IMG/VR virus record: IMGVR_UViG_3300012952_002053
Location: 20,962 to 84,961 of that record
From: a virus
Lineage: Duplodnaviria; Caudoviricetes
Direction: 5' to 3' (one strand)
DNA length: 64,000 nt
The notes under the pieces are model-generated. The model saw nothing but the letters and a program-made list of their open reading frames with translations, ran no database searches and was not told the origin of the DNA. Below are positions 18,655 to 33,200 of this stretch, one piece after another (the stretch's first letter is position 1; every line of letters begins with the position of its first letter). The position numbers and the translations under genes were made by a program.

Positions 18655-20619
18655 TTATTTAACTCCAATGACTGCTTCTATAATACCTGCGTCACCATCT
18701 TCTTTATCTTGTAATGCTCTACCAATTACTGCTCTTGCATCATACTCATCTGAGCCTAATGCCCAAGCAACACCTGGAACATCTGAACTTACAAGTCTTT
18801 CACCTTTTGCAACTTTACCAATTACTTTTACAGGAACTCTTCCTGCTAGTGCTATTGGTAGACCTTCTGCTTCTGCGTTCATTAAGTATGCTGGACTTGT
18901 TGAAACAACACCAAACACATCTACATCTGCATGTGATTCTGTTTGTGTAATTTCCGCTGATCCACCAATTTTAACAACCGTTCCTGCTTCGTAGTCTTCA
19001 TCTGAGGAATACACCTCAGCCATATCCGCATATTGGGCCGCTGTTGCTGTTCCAACAAAGAAGTTACCAGTAATGTTACCTGATGCTGTAACTGTTGTTG
19101 CACCAGTAATAGCACCTGCTGTAGAACTTAATGTTCCATCAGTCAATGTACCACCTTGTACTGTACCTGATAATGTTGCAGAAGCACCTGCTACGTTACC
19201 GTTAAATGTAACAGCATTTGCTTGTCCTGTTAATACTGCATCAACACCACTAAATGTTGAACTGTGAACAGTACCAAATTTTGTTCCTGCATTACCAATG
19301 TTTATACTGTTGTCTGTTGCAAGTATGTGGCTACCAAATGTTTTGTTTGACATTGTAGCAACACCTGTAGTTGTTAAAACTGCATCACCACTTACATCAA
19401 CAACAATATTTCCTGTTGCTGGATTTCTTAAGTCTCCGTAGAATCCTAAGTTGTTTACCCAAACGTTTCCTTCATTAACTGTTACATTAGAAATAAATGC
19501 TTGGTCAATAGGTGCCGCATTAGAACCAAAACTTTCAACGTTTAGTCCACTAATACCACCACCGTTTGCTAATGTTACGTTTGTAACATATAAGTTATCA
19601 ATTGGAGCATCGCTCTCACCAATATCTAAAACAACACTGGTTGAACCACCTGTTTTTGCTTTCTTAATATATTGTGCTGAACTTGATGCTGGGTCACCAA
19701 CAAAAATTGTATCAATGTGCAATTCACTAAATCTAGATCCTGCATCACCTAACTTCTCTTGGTCTGTTGTTGTAGGAACATAACTACGTCCTACATGAAT
19801 AATATTGTTTGCATCTACGTTACCACTACCTGTTTGTATAGCATTTGCAATGTTGGCTTCTAATGCCACGTTTGCCAATGCAATAGCAGTACCTGAATAT
19901 TTTTGTCTTAAGTTCATACCAGGTTTAATTTTGTTACCAATACCTGAAGTATCTGTAAACTCTGTGTATAAACTTACATCTGCTAAACCTTCAATTTCCC
20001 AAGCCGCTGTTGAATCAATTTCAAACTCAGTATGGTCACTGAATATTGCCATTACACTTTCACCACTAGTGGCTCCAGCATAAGCATTAACACCGTTGTT
20101 CACATACATTAATGCTAGTACGGCACGTTTGATTCCATCGTTACCTGGAACATACATGGTTCTAATTCTAGTACCATATAAACTTGGACTACCTACGTCG
20201 GTAATACCACTGAAAGTATTTGTTACTTTACCTGCATAACTGGCATCTACAAACGCCGTTCCATTATGCACTTTTAATTTGTCATCTTTTGTATCATAGT
20301 AAGCAGTACCTGTGTTCACACCGCCGCTTGGTGCCGCCGCACTTACTGTAATACTCATTCTTTGCCAACCACTACCATCGTAAACTCTCATTACGTCTTC
20401 ATTCTTGTCGTACCAAATCTGACCTGTTAATAAAATGTCATCACTTGGTGCTGAGCTACTGGCAAAGTTTTCTAAATGTCTTACTGAGTTTTGAACAAAG
20501 TATTGTCCATAACCAGAAACATTTCTACCGACCAATGCAACACTGAAAGAAGAGTTTACCTGACTAGCGGCTACGTTAATGGTTCTTGAACCATCTGTAT
20601 TTTGTACTGAATAAGTCAT
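18655..20619 (-). CDS. Tail fibre protein with C-terminal peptidase-G2-like autoproteolytic chaperone domain
   Basis: N-terminal LVGRNVSGYGQYFVQNSVRHLENFA...GQIWYD phage fibre motif; C-terminal YADMAEVY...GVVST.PAYLMN...IALAGRVPVKV.G.V.KGERLV.S. Confidence 0.75.
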   Translation of the reverse strand: MTYSVQNTDGSRTINVAASQVNSSFSVALVGRNVSGYGQYFVQNSVRHLENFASSSAPSDDILLTGQIWYDKNEDVMRVYDGSGWQRMSITVSAAAPSGGVNTGTAYYDTKDDKLKVHNGTAFVDASYAGKVTNTFSGITDVGSPSLYGTRIRTMYVPGNDGIKRAVLALMYVNNGVNAYAGATSGESVMAIFSDHTEFEIDSTAAWEIEGLADVSLYTEFTDTSGIGNKIKPGMNLRQKYSGTAIALANVALEANIANAIQTGSGNVDANNIIHVGRSYVPTTTDQEKLGDAGSRFSELHIDTIFVGDPASSSAQYIKKAKTGGSTSVVLDIGESDAPIDNLYVTNVTLANGGGISGLNVESFGSNAAPIDQAFISNVTVNEGNVWVNNLGFYGDLRNPATGNIVVDVSGDAVLTTTGVATMSNKTFGSHILATDNSINIGNAGTKFGTVHSSTFSGVDAVLTGQANAVTFNGNVAGASATLSGTVQGGTLTDGTLSSTAGAITGATTVTASGNITGNFFVGTATAAQYADMAEVYSSDEDYEAGTVVKIGGSAEITQTESHADVDVFGVVSTSPAYLMNAEAEGLPIALAGRVPVKVIGKVAKGERLVSSDVPGVAWALGSDEYDARAVIGRALQDKEDGDAGIIEAVIGVK

Positions 20620-20632
20620 TTTTTATCCTCTA

Positions 20633-21256
20633 TTAATTTAACTGTACTCTCACAGTATATATAATTTCAATTGTTCTGTTTGCACTTTTTTGAACTGGGT
20701 GAAATATTACATGTGTTAGCAATTTACTATCAGTAGGGTCTGTTGCATAACTGAGCAAACCAAGTTCATCAAAAACGTATGTGCCTTCATTAGTTGTACT
20801 ACTATCAAAGTCGTCTTGTCCTGCAGGTTGGTTATAACCTAATGTACAAGTCATCTTTAAATCTGTAAAACTAGTTCCTGTGATTATTTCAATCTTATCT
20901 GTAGTTGTATTGTTGCTTATGACTTTTTCATAAGTTCTACTATACAGAGTTGCACTATTTTCAAAAGACTCGCTCACACGTGGTGCTTTGTAAATTACTT
21001 TACCTGCTGAGTCTACACTTGTTGCTCCGTTACCAAAAGCCATATAATGGATATACGCACCAGCCTGATTTGTTAAAGCATTTGCAATAATGTTCGCCAT
21101 GTTACCATAGTGAATTGCGTTTCGCTTATTAACAAACTCTTCTTTAGTTTCTGCATCTCTAATCAGGATGTGACCTGACATTTTGATACCAGCATTTTCG
21201 TCGACTGGTTTAGTCTTGTCCATTTCTTTCTCTGCTTTGTCATTGCTAACGTTCAT
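20633..21256 (-). CDS. Virion structural protein (baseplate/fibre attachment-like)
   Basis: SGHILIRD...NAIH, FDELGL and THVIFHPVQKSANR motifs. Start set at ATG 21256, 5 nt after GATAAATA. Confidence 0.7.
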   Translation of the reverse strand: MNVSNDKAEKEMDKTKPVDENAGIKMSGHILIRDAETKEEFVNKRNAIHYGNMANIIANALTNQAGAYIHYMAFGNGATSVDSAGKVIYKAPRVSESFENSATLYSRTYEKVISNNTTTDKIEIITGTSFTDLKMTCTLGYNQPAGQDDFDSSTTNEGTYVFDELGLLSYATDPTDSKLLTHVIFHPVQKSANRTIEIIYTVRVQLN

Positions 21257-21261
21257 ATTCT

Positions 21262-21293
21262 TATTTATCACTTTTTGTTAAAATATGTTTTAA
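21262..21293 (-). promoter_or_regulatory. Late promoter GATAAATA with upstream 16-bp palindrome
   Basis: GATAAATA at 21269-21262; TTAAAACATATTTTAA at 21293-21278; 8-nt gap. Confidence 0.7.
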
Positions 21294-21296
21294 TTC

Positions 21297-24200
21297 TTAA
21301 TCGAAATTGTGCAAGAAGTCGATTATACTTGTATTGGCTTGCAATACAGTACCTTTATCTGTTAAACTTCCTGCCTCTTTAAGGGTTTTATCACCCGAAT
21401 CCCAACCTGTGTTTTCGTCTACATCAAAGGATGGGAGTGTATAATTTTCTACACCACCAGATGTTGGTTTGAATGAACCCACGCCGTCCCAACTAGAGTC
21501 AAATCCAAATGTAACATTTCCTGCATCAACATCATATGGTAGGTCACCTACAATACCTGCTGTGGTCATTACATTGTTTTGGAATCCTGTTAGAGCACCT
21601 GAGCCATCCCAATCATCATCAAATGGTATAGTATCATCAAATATTTCTACTGGTTTAATCCAGTTAAAGTCCTCAGGATCTCTTAATAAGTTGCCATTGG
21701 CATCTCTTAATCTTATATTCTCAGATTCTTCTCCGTTGAATATACCTTCTCCTGATGTAATAACTGTATTAGGTGTAGTACCTTTTGTTCCTCTTGTGAT
21801 ACCTTTTAATTTATTGTTTACTGTATCACGTAATTCGTATTCTATTCTTTCACCGTTGATCCAAACAACTGCTGTGTCTTGTATAGATGCTCTTGGCAAT
21901 TTACTTGCATCTGCAACACTAATTTCGTTATCCCAAATATTTACATCTGCTGTTGTTGTAGTCAATGCATTGATAGTTCTTCTGTAGTATTCGCTTTGTC
22001 CAAATATATCTAAGAATACCAAGTAACGTACATCAGTACTATCTGAACTAATTTGTGTATTACCTTTAGTGTAAACATCCATAGTTAATGTTTCTAGTGG
22101 CTGTACTACTGCAAGTTCTTCTGGTCTGTCTGGACCATATCTATGTTTTAAGAATGTTGTTGCATCAAAACCGTAAACAGTTTCATCGTTCACTCTGTAA
22201 TTAACATTACCTGATGCTGTTTCACTGAATATGCCAACAAAGTTATCAACTTCTGTTTCTCTGTCAAACAATCCATCGTCCCAACCATATGTGTCAAAAC
22301 CTCTAGTGTCTGTGTAGAAGTTTGATGGATGTGTTCCAGGTACAACATCTGTAAACACATTAGCATCTAATGTTTCACCTTGGAATGTTGCATGTACTTT
22401 ACTCTTAATTAAGTCTAGTGCAGATTTTAAGTTACCGTCTGCAACCATATTAGTCATTATAGAAACATTAGTTGTAATTGTTGTATTTGAACCTGAACCT
22501 ACACCATATGCTGTATCAAACGCATTGGTAATAGCAGTTCTTACATCAGGATCAAACTTCCAAAGTCTTTCTGGTGCTGTCCATTTTAGTTCTACATTAG
22601 AAATGTTTATATTACTATTTGATTCTATTGCTACTAAGTTTTTGGCAATAGACACATTCATAGTTTCTAATGTTGGATCAAATCCGTCTATGTATTTGAA
22701 CTCAATTTTATCACCATTGTTTGGTACACCAATTCTATTATTAGTGTTTGCAGTATCTGTGAAACTTATAAATGAGTTGCCAACATCAACAGTATAGTTT
22801 GTAACATTGCCACTATCTGATGTTTTGGAAATTTTTTCACCATTTACAAAAACTTCTAATCTATTTTCGTCTTCTACAGTAAAGTTAAAGTTGAATATAG
22901 TTGAAGTTCCATCTGCTATAATTTGTTGTGTAGAGCCACCAGACGTATTTTCATACATGTCGCCTTTGACTCTATCAAAAATAATTCTTTGGTCAAACGT
23001 TCTTATTTTATCACTGTTGCTTATGAATCCTGCATAATCTTTATTTGAATTCAATATAGTATTATCTGCGGCTACTCCGGCATTTAATATTCTTACACTA
23101 TAATTGTCTTCGTCATAGTATGGAGGTCTATCAAAGTCTGATGTACTTCCTGACAATATTTCTACAGGTGCCTTTTTAATATCACTATAGTTTCTAATCT
23201 TACTACTGTAAGGTTTAACTTCGTTAAAGTAATCAATTGCTTTATCAAAGTTATCTACTTTAAATCCTTTAAATGGTATAAGGTCTGTTTCTTCTTTTAC
23301 AACTTTTAAGTATGTTGTCTTAAATGCCCAGTCAAGTTCACCTTGTTCTGCATAAGCATATTTTAACATTTCAAAGAAGAATTTATTCCAATGCACTTCG
23401 TATGTGTTAGTGAATACTTTTTCATATAATGCTATAAGAATATTTCTTATTTCCATTCCTCTCAGTAAAGTTTGAGAATCTTTATGTACACCTTCAATCC
23501 ATTTAACAGTTTCATTTTCCATTGCAATTAGATTAAATGTATTAGTTTTCTTGTCGTATTCATATAGTCTGTATCGTTCACTATCATTTTTCTGTACTTG
23601 AATAATACTTTTATCTAATACATTTTCTAATAATCCAAACTGTTTTGTATCTGTAACTTTTCTTAATGGCTTAAATGTGTTGTCATAATATACAGTACTG
23701 TTGTCTATTTTATTAACTCTTTGCTTTTCATACCAGTTAGTATCTTGTAACAATGTGTACCCTGTTGGCAAATTATCTTTCCAATCAATAAATGATGTTT
23801 CCATTTTAAGGTCTCTGAATATTTCATTCATCACAGAAAACATTTGCTTTCTTGCTTTTTTAATATCCTTAAACATTGTTTGTCTAGGTCTAAATTTAGA
23901 ACCAAATCTTTCTGATAAACTTAATCCAGTACCTGGTACTATTTGTTGTATAGCATTATATCCTGCTAAACTGTCTATTAGTTTAATACTTAAATTTCTA
24001 GGTATAGCACCATCAATATCATTTTCACCTGCTAAGTTCCAACTAGTATGTTTTTGTGATGCTTCAGTTTCTTTACGTTTAAAGTTTACACTTAAGATAC
24101 TATCTTCTGTTTTAATTAAATCGCCTAAAGTGTTGACAACAAGTGCGTCAGGTGATATAATACCTGTGTAAGCAACTCTTTCACCGTCAATATTTTGTAG

Positions 24201-27200
24201 CAATCTAGTAATGTCTCTTGTATTTCTTTCTTTACCGTAATTAATTCTTGCTCTATCTGAAATCTCATTTAATTCTGTTGCCCAGAAATAATAATGTGTT
24301 AATGGCTTACCTGTTTTATCAGGATGAGATTCTACAATAAAGTTTCCATCTGGATGTGGTGTACCCAACGTATATGATGAAGGAGGCGTTAAACTTTCTA
24401 CCCATTCATAGATATTAATTTGGCTTCCAGGGAACATGTTACCCCAATTGATAGTACGTTCATAATTGTTAAATCCATTAGCACCGTAGTTGCCACTACC
24501 TTGCTCGTACCATTCATATCTTACATTAGTGGTATCCCACCATCTTAATCCAACTTGCTTTCTTCCATATCTTGTTTTTCTTCCATCATAAACAATTGGA
24601 TCTCTTAAAGTTTTTAAGTCTATTTCTTTGTCTATAAATCCTGGCAATATGCCTTTGAACGGATCATATAAATCTATATCAAATTCTTTTTCTGCTGTTT
24701 CATTATCGTATGTGAATACATCTCTTATAAATCTAGTATTAACTAAATCTTCTTGTTGTCTTATAATTGTATTACTTTCTAAGTATGCCCATTTTCCAGT
24801 ACCTGCATAATTATCAATCCAAACATTGGAAATGTTTGCCATATCTAATCCGGTTTCTGTAGCATGTCTTACACTTTCTAATGCAAGAGCATCAACATGT
24901 ATTGCATTAACATTTTGTGCAGTCATTTGTATTGGTGAGTTGCCATCTAGTCTTCTCAGTTCGTATTTGTATAATCCATTCTGCATGATGTAATCACCAA
25001 TGTCGCCGTGAATACCAAATGGATGTCTACTAGAGAATCTGATTCCTTTACCTCTATCAGGTCCGCCTGTTCCGCCTGTGCCATCTCCTGATGCTGGGCT
25101 ACCATCTACTAAATTAACATGTGGTGGTATTTCAGGAATATATGCACCTGGGTCTATATTAAATGATTCCAAGTCTCCAGGTCTTCCGCCACTGAGCTCA
25201 ACTCCGTCTCCACTATCACTACCTATTCTTATTTTAGGCAAGCCGCCATTGTTATCTAGACCAGCTCTAAAGTAAGGATTACCATTAGGATCTAATGTTG
25301 AGTTATCGTTAATAAAGTCAATTATATGTTCTGGAAGTCCGCCTTTCCCTACAGGTCCTTCTGCTAGACCCATGTCTTGTAGTGCAGAACCTTTTTGTCT
25401 ACAGTCACCAATTAATCTTGCAGTCATAAACACACGACCACCTTTACCAGATCCAGTTGAACCTGTTGGTGTTGAACCTATACTTGCTGTTACTGGTTTT
25501 CCATCTGGACCAGGTCCAGTTTTTGCTGTGTGATATTCTAATGGAATACCTGAGTTTAAGTCTCCTGGGAAAGTTTCATACAATCCTCTGTTAAGTATTT
25601 TTAATGCTCTAATCTGACCTTCGTCTCCAACAGATGTAACTTTATAAACAGCAACTTCTTCTTTCTTAGAAGCAGAACCGCCAAGTCCCCATTCTATTTC
25701 AAATCTTGCACCTATGCCTGTTCCTGTAATATTAATAACAGGAGGATCATTTTTAACATATTTTTCTCCTGTTAATCCAGGTATTGCAGGAAGTCCTCTA
25801 CCGCCTGTTCCAAAAATAGGATCATAGTTACATGTTAAAGCACCTGTAATAGGATCTACATCTAACCCAAATAAATCAGGTTCAAATCCGTATCCTGGAG
25901 TACCTGGTCCGCCAACAGTTATTTTTACTGTTGTAGGATCAAATCTAAATTCTCCTACTTCATTGTTCCAATATCCATAACCACTTCCGCCTCTTACAAG
26001 TTTTAATCCTGCAATGGTTTGTGTTGGCATACTTTGTCTTGATACTGCTGTTCCACCTACTGCTCTTAATATGTCGCCAACTGCATAGCCTGAACCATTG
26101 TGTCCTACACTAATAGTTGTAGGAGCATCTCTATTTCTTCTATCTTCAGCAGTAATTGTGTTTGTTATAAAATCTGTTCCTGTAGCAGTGGTTGTTACAC
26201 GACCTACTTCAACATCAGCCGTGTTTGCGTCTGCATCAGTATCAGCATTTACATAAGTGGTTGTCTGTTGTGTATTTGTTCTTGAACCTGCTGTTACAGT
26301 TGTTTCGCTGTATGACCTATCTTCTTTGTTGTTTACTGTAAAGTCTAATACTTCTTTTAGTATGCCACCTTTACAACCATTTCTTAAAATAGGAACTCCT
26401 GCACTTGTGTCTCTAAATGCTACTCTTACACACTTAGTTCCATCATCATTTGTAACAACATTAACATTTACTTTGTCGCCCATTTGTTTTCTAATCTCAG
26501 CCGCCATGTCTGTAGCACTACCAACTCCTACTGTGGATATTTGTGTAGTGCCTACCCAAAAAGTATCACCTTCTCTAATTTTATATTGGCTATGGTCTAT
26601 TGATAAACTGCCTTCTGAATTGGCCCCTGAACCATCTACTCCTTGTGGATTTATCCACTCATTAGAAGCACAGAAACTAACTTTAGGTCTAATACAATAT
26701 TCTTCTAGAGGAATTTCTAATTCTACAGGACTTCCGCCACCTATCTTAGGTATGTAAACGCCTGTTTTAGTTTTCTCTAGCAATTTCAATTTCATTGTTC
26801 TTGCTCTAGGCTTCATAGGAGCACTTTCAGGATTAAATGCACTATTATCTGGTATAGGTGTATCTGCTCTATCAGTTATTCCACCTAATTGATTTTGGAA
26901 ACTAGGTCTGCCATCCAATGGCTTAGTTCCTTTGTAATCCATATTACTGAAATCGCTTGGTGTGGCTACTATACTTCCTCTTGCAAATCCTGGATCAGGT
27001 GCAAAAGTTTTCTTTCTAACCCTAGCACTTGGTACAGTACTGCCTGAAGGCTTAGTACCAAATCCAGGTCCATTACCATGCTGGGAGTATGAGCCATAAC
27101 TATTATAACCAGCCATGCCTAAGTTTATATGTAAACCAATTGGATTTGACGGCATCATTGGCACATTACCAAAGTTTGGTATTCCTAATGGAATAGGAGT

Positions 27201-30200
27201 AATTGGTCCTATATTATATGACGGTGCTGGTGTAGTTACTACAGGATTGACATTGAATGATGCCTGAGATTTTGCTGTAGTGTGACCACCTTGATGTCCG
27301 CCTTCTTTTTCAAAGTACCAAGGATTCTCTCCTTGATTAATACATACTGCTCCCCACCATCTAAATACAACACTACCACTGCTTGTATTTCTGTCTGTTA
27401 CAACTGTGAGATATCTACCGTTACCTGCATTGTATGTAACTGGTATAACACCAGCATATGGTCTACCTCCAGCACTATCAGGCGACCCCATATCTGTAAA
27501 AGTGTCACCACCTGCTTGATAGTTAGCATCATTGGCACTTAGTATAACTTTCTTAAATGCGTTCTTTTCTGCCGCTGTCATATTTCTTGCACTACCACCT
27601 GAGTGAGTGCCACCGAGCAAAGTTGTTTTACCATACTTGGTATGACTTTGATAAATCTTCATTCCATCATTTGCACTATACATATCAAAGTGGAATTTCA
27701 TTTCATGATTTTTACTTGTGTCTGCTGTACATAAGAAACTGGTTGTTTCTGGATCAGGTCCACTTCTATGATATAAGAAATAGTCCACACATTCATATGG
27801 CGGTACAGGAGATAAAGAATCATCTGTTATTGTTGCTGTAACCGAATTTGGTAATCCTGCACTAGCACCGTTACTGTCTGTACTTGCTAACGTAACAGTT
27901 AATGATTCGTTACCTTCTGTGGTAACATCTGCAATAGCACCTATTCGTTTTGTGTCTGACACATATACATTTCCGCCTTGGTCAGACATTGTAAATGTCA
28001 TTTGTAAACTGCTGTTTAAGTCACTGCCGGCAGTAAAGTCGCTTCTCGTAATACCTGAACCACTTACTGTTGCAACAATAGTTGCTCCATTAGTTAAGTG
28101 TTCGCCTGTAACTTGTAATTCTACCATACCACCATTTTCATTCAGTGTGTTACTGCTAATGGTAATATTGTTATATGTTGGTACTGGGTCTAAACTTGTG
28201 TCGTTAATATTTAATTGAGCTCGTCTTTGCCCTGTTGGGTTATTGTCACTATCATATTCTGCTAATGTAAAGATTAATGTTTCTGTACCTTCTGTTGTTG
28301 CATCTGCAGTGAAGTTAATAGTTTTAGTTGCTTTCTGATTTTGTATAGTCAGTTCGAAACTAGTTGTAGTTCCTAAATCACTATCTGCCAATGAAGCAGT
28401 ACCACTTACATTGACTTGTACTTTTGTTCCGTTTCTTACATGCTTATCTGTTTTAACTGTGTAAACTGTAGAAGCACCTTCATTAACTGATGATGCACTA
28501 AACTGAGCACTTGTATATCCACCATAAGGTTGAATACATTCTGCAACACCAGTTTCCTCAAAAATAACTTTACCATTTGAAGCGGCATGTTCACAGCCTG
28601 AATCGTTACCTTTGTTGTTTACATGTGTCATACATTGTTTAGTAACGTGTCTTTTTCCTTCTGGGTTTCTTCCATTTGCATCTAAAACACAGACATTTGA
28701 AATTTCTTTGAAATCATGCGTATGAGGAATTAACGTTTCACAAGCCGCATCTGCATGTTGAATTGTTAGATAAGGATCTTTGCCGCCAGCAGAACTTGTA
28801 AGACTTGTAGTAGAAGTACCAGTTCCACTTCCTCCACCTCCAAGTCCACTGTAATCTTGATTAGGTCCAAACCCTGGAGTATAGTTTTTATTAAATAAGG
28901 CAAGTTTTGCTCTTAATTGTGGATCTGCCTTTTTCCTTCCTTCTTCAGTTAATCCTGTAAGTCCATAATCTCCACCTGGGCCTTCGCCAGCACCTGTTAA
29001 TCCATCTGAAGCAATTCTAGTTCCTGTTGTACCCCATATAGTACCATCACTACCATGTATAGTACCATCTCCCATCATTGTGTATTCTACATCACCTTGT
29101 GTCCACTTAGAACCTGAAGGTACACTATCCCATTGACCTGTTTCGTAATTGTAAACCATTTCAGATGAGCCATAGGATTGGTCACCTGGTCCATACTCTG
29201 TACCTGTTCCAGTGTTTCTAGGTCCACCTACTGAATAACCACCACCTGATTGTGTGCCTTGTTGTTCAACATAAACTTGTGCTTGTGGCTTGACAATCTC
29301 TTGCTGATGTGGTAAAATATTAGTTGCTTGGAAATCCATCTGAGCCAGTAATGCCTGTGCCGCAATTTGTTGCGGAGATAAAGTAGGCTTTTGAGGCTCT
29401 TCAACAATCTTTTGAGGAGGACAAACAATAATTGGCGGATCTTCTATAATATTCTGTTGCGCCTGTCTAGCCGCCTCCATGTCCATTTGCTGTTGCATCA
29501 AACCATTTGATGTGTTTTGCATGTATTGTAATTCTTGCTGTATTTGAGCCTGTTGCATTTGACCAAAGTCGGGTCCTGCCGCCGCAACTGTATTAATTCC
29601 AAGTGTAGGATCATATATTTGTGTTCCTTTATACATTGGGAAAGTATCAAATCCTGGATAAGATGTTGAACCTGTATCCATAATTTTATAAGACATGTTC
29701 ATACCAACATCAATAAATGGTATATCAAATGCAAACGAACCTTTCTTAGATATCATTGCCGCTTTGTTATACATTTGGTCAGCAATATCATTTGCATATT
29801 GTTCAACACTATGGAATGGGAAAGCATTTGTTACAACATTTGCTCCGTTAATTTGAATATTACCTAAGTGATTTGCAATAAAGAATGGAGTCCAACCTAC
29901 ATTACCTGTTACTCCAGGTGCTTCGTCACCATATATCTCATAATCAAATCTAGATATGTATGTGTTACCACTTACTGTATGTGGATGAGAAAATGCTGGG
30001 AAGTCAACAACTATTGTGTTTGCTGTTGGAATGTCCACAACTTTCATACTGTCATTGTAATAATCTGGATACATCATATACACTTGAACATTACTGCCAA
30101 GCAGTTTGTCTGAGCCATCTATAGCAAAAGAGTGATCCTCTTTTGTTGTAATGACTGTGTTCGAAGTCATAAATGTTGCATCTTGGAATGTTGTTCTGTA

Positions 30201-33200
30201 TATCTGTATAACATCATCTTCTGATACTGTAACATTATTTGTTACTGTAAATGCTGAAGGACCTATAACATTTGCAATTTTAGTATTTGTAGGTATTCCT
30301 GTACCTTCTACTTGCATACCTGGTGCAATTATTTCTGCTGTATCTCTAATTGTGATAGTTGTGTTTGAACTTACATTTGCATTTACTATGTAATCAAATT
30401 TAGGTTCTTCTAAAACTGTTTGCAATACTGTGAATGTATTAGCACTAGCATCTACTTTTAATGTTCTTTGATATGTATCATAAACTGCACCTGCATTAAT
30501 CTTCACCATAGTACCAACCGGAACACTACTTAAATCTACGTCTGTTGTATATTTTGTTCCTTCATTGATTGTGTAAGATAAATTTGCTTCACTTAAATCA
30601 CTACCTGTATAAGTTGTTGGCTCAATGTCAAAAAAGACAACTTCACGTTCAAACTCTGGACCATTAAATTCAGGTATTTCATATTGAGCTCTTGTAAAGT
30701 CAACTCTGGTGTTTGTATCAAGTGTTACATTAGATGCTAATAATACGTTTGCAACTTTACCATCACCGTCATGTCTGAATTTTAATGCTTCATCGCTTCT
30801 AATTGATATGCCATTTGCTAAATTAATATTAAATGTACTAAAGTCATCATTAACGATTGTAGTACCTTCTGGTGTACCCGATGGTGGAGTTAGTATAGTA
30901 GTTTTTGATGTTATGTTTTCTGATAATGTAATATTAGATCCTGAAATACTTGCAACTGTAATGTTTGATGAAGGATCTATAACACCTGAAACTAATACTT
31001 TATCTCCTACACTAATACCGTCTGTGTTTGAAATAGTAATTACGTTTGCTGTTGCATTAGCATCTCTAATAATTCTTACAGGTTCGTTACCAACATTACT
31101 TAGGTCAAATCTTACTTCTTTAACTTCTACTGGATCTGTTAAAGTATCTGTCCACATGTACATACCAGGTGATACAGGATCAAGTAATGTAACTTGCCCT
31201 TCTAGTTCTGTATCTTTTACTGGTACAACTTTACTGTTGGACACACTACTTTCAACAACTTTTAAAATAGGTGCTGTAACATTTGCAAAATTACCTACTA
31301 CATCTGTAATTTGGTCAATAGTTGTAGTTTCTGTTCTCACATTTCTTATTAAGAATGAGTTGTTGTTTAATTCTGTTCCAGAAGTATCAAAAAACTTAAC
31401 ACTTAAACCATCAAATAATGATTCACCTAATGGGAAACTTCCACCCATTGTAGATATATCGTTAGGTACTGCTGTAATTTTAATTCTTGTATTTGCATGT
31501 GAAAGTGTTGCAGTATCTGTTATAACATTTAATGCTGTATTAGTTCCATAGTATGCTGAATCTAAAAAGAAAGTATTTGGACTTCTTTGTTCTTTAACTA
31601 CAAATTTGGTTCCTGCTGATCCACCTAAGTTGTCTACATTAAATACGAGATTTTCTCTTTCTCTAAATTCATGTCCTCTTGCAAATACCTGTACAGAATA
31701 ATCTATGTTTGCATTTGCAAATCTGTTTTTACCAAAGTTTACAAAACTTAATGTATCTTTGCTTATTAATGATGTCATTCCATTTAATACTGTTGCATTT
31801 GCATATAAAGATATTTTACCTTCTGGTTTTATAGTAGCAACTTGGAATACATTTCCGTTTAGGTTTGAACTGTTAGTGTCTGTGAATTTTAAGAAGTCAC
31901 CAATCTGTACACCTTCTATTTCTCCGTTTCCTATATCAAATGTTAATTGGTTGTTAAATTTAATTTGTGTGTTAGGATCTGCGTCTACATTTCTGAAAAT
32001 AGAAATATTAGATGTAGTAGTAACAACGTTTGCTCTTGCAAACTGTTTCATGTTTTGTACTGGTACAGATTCTGTGCTTACAATATTACCACTTAATTGT
32101 GGAACTATGCTTTCAATACTTTTAACGTCTGGTACTGTATGCGTAATGTTACCCATTTCAACATAAGAATCTAAAACTTTTTCTTCGCTAGTAAATCTTG
32201 TAACAGGATGATCCACTTCTAATTGGTCTGTTACATAAACTGGATTGCCTTCCATTGTTTTTAATGCTTTGTTATATGGATCTACAATGTATTTTCCTTT
32301 TAGTGCTAACACATAATCATACCATTTTGTGTGGTCATAACTTGCACTACTATTTGATAATTCATTACCATCTAAAATTATATTGGACAGACTGTTGTCT
32401 GTGTATAAAAATGTTGTTCCAGCACTATCATCGTATTCAATATAAGATACATTTGAACTTGTATTAGAAAGTCTATACACATCAAATTCTTCATGTTCAC
32501 CTTTTGCAAAATGAACTACATTACCTTCTTTGGGTAATTGTGTTGCACTATCTAATTTTGTTACGTCAAATAGATTTTCAAAATCAAATATATCAAATGC
32601 TTGATATTGTACGTTGTATCTTGAAACATAACCTGCATTTGGCAATGTGTTATATTTAGAATCTACAATACCTAAATAACTAACACTAGATGTCTTGGGC
32701 CATAAACCTTTCTCTGCCATGTCTGTTGGTCTAACAGGTAATCTTTCTGCATCATCTACGTCAATTAATAGTGTAGCATCGCCTTTAGCATCTGGATAAA
32801 TTTCAAATGTTCTCATTTGCTCCAACTTAGCCGCTAAAGCATCATTGGCAAATACTTTAATGTTCATTGAACTTCCAGGTAGGTCACCTTGATAAGTGTC
32901 TTCTAAGTCAATGGTTGCTCTTTCAATAATTTGTATTTTTGAATTTGGTTGTATGGGTGCACCTGGAATAGCACCAACATCTAAAAAGTTAATTGTAGAT
33001 GTATTTGCAGAAGCATTACTTGTTATAGTATATAATGCTTCTTCGCTTGTCTCTGGTAATTTTAATCCGTTGATTTCAACATCAATATGTGGGTAACTAC
33101 CGTTAATTATTGTTAAGTTATCTGTTGCAATAGAATCTGTTGCAGTTTCACCGTCTGAAACACTGATAGGACTAAATGTAAATGATTGTGATACATTACC

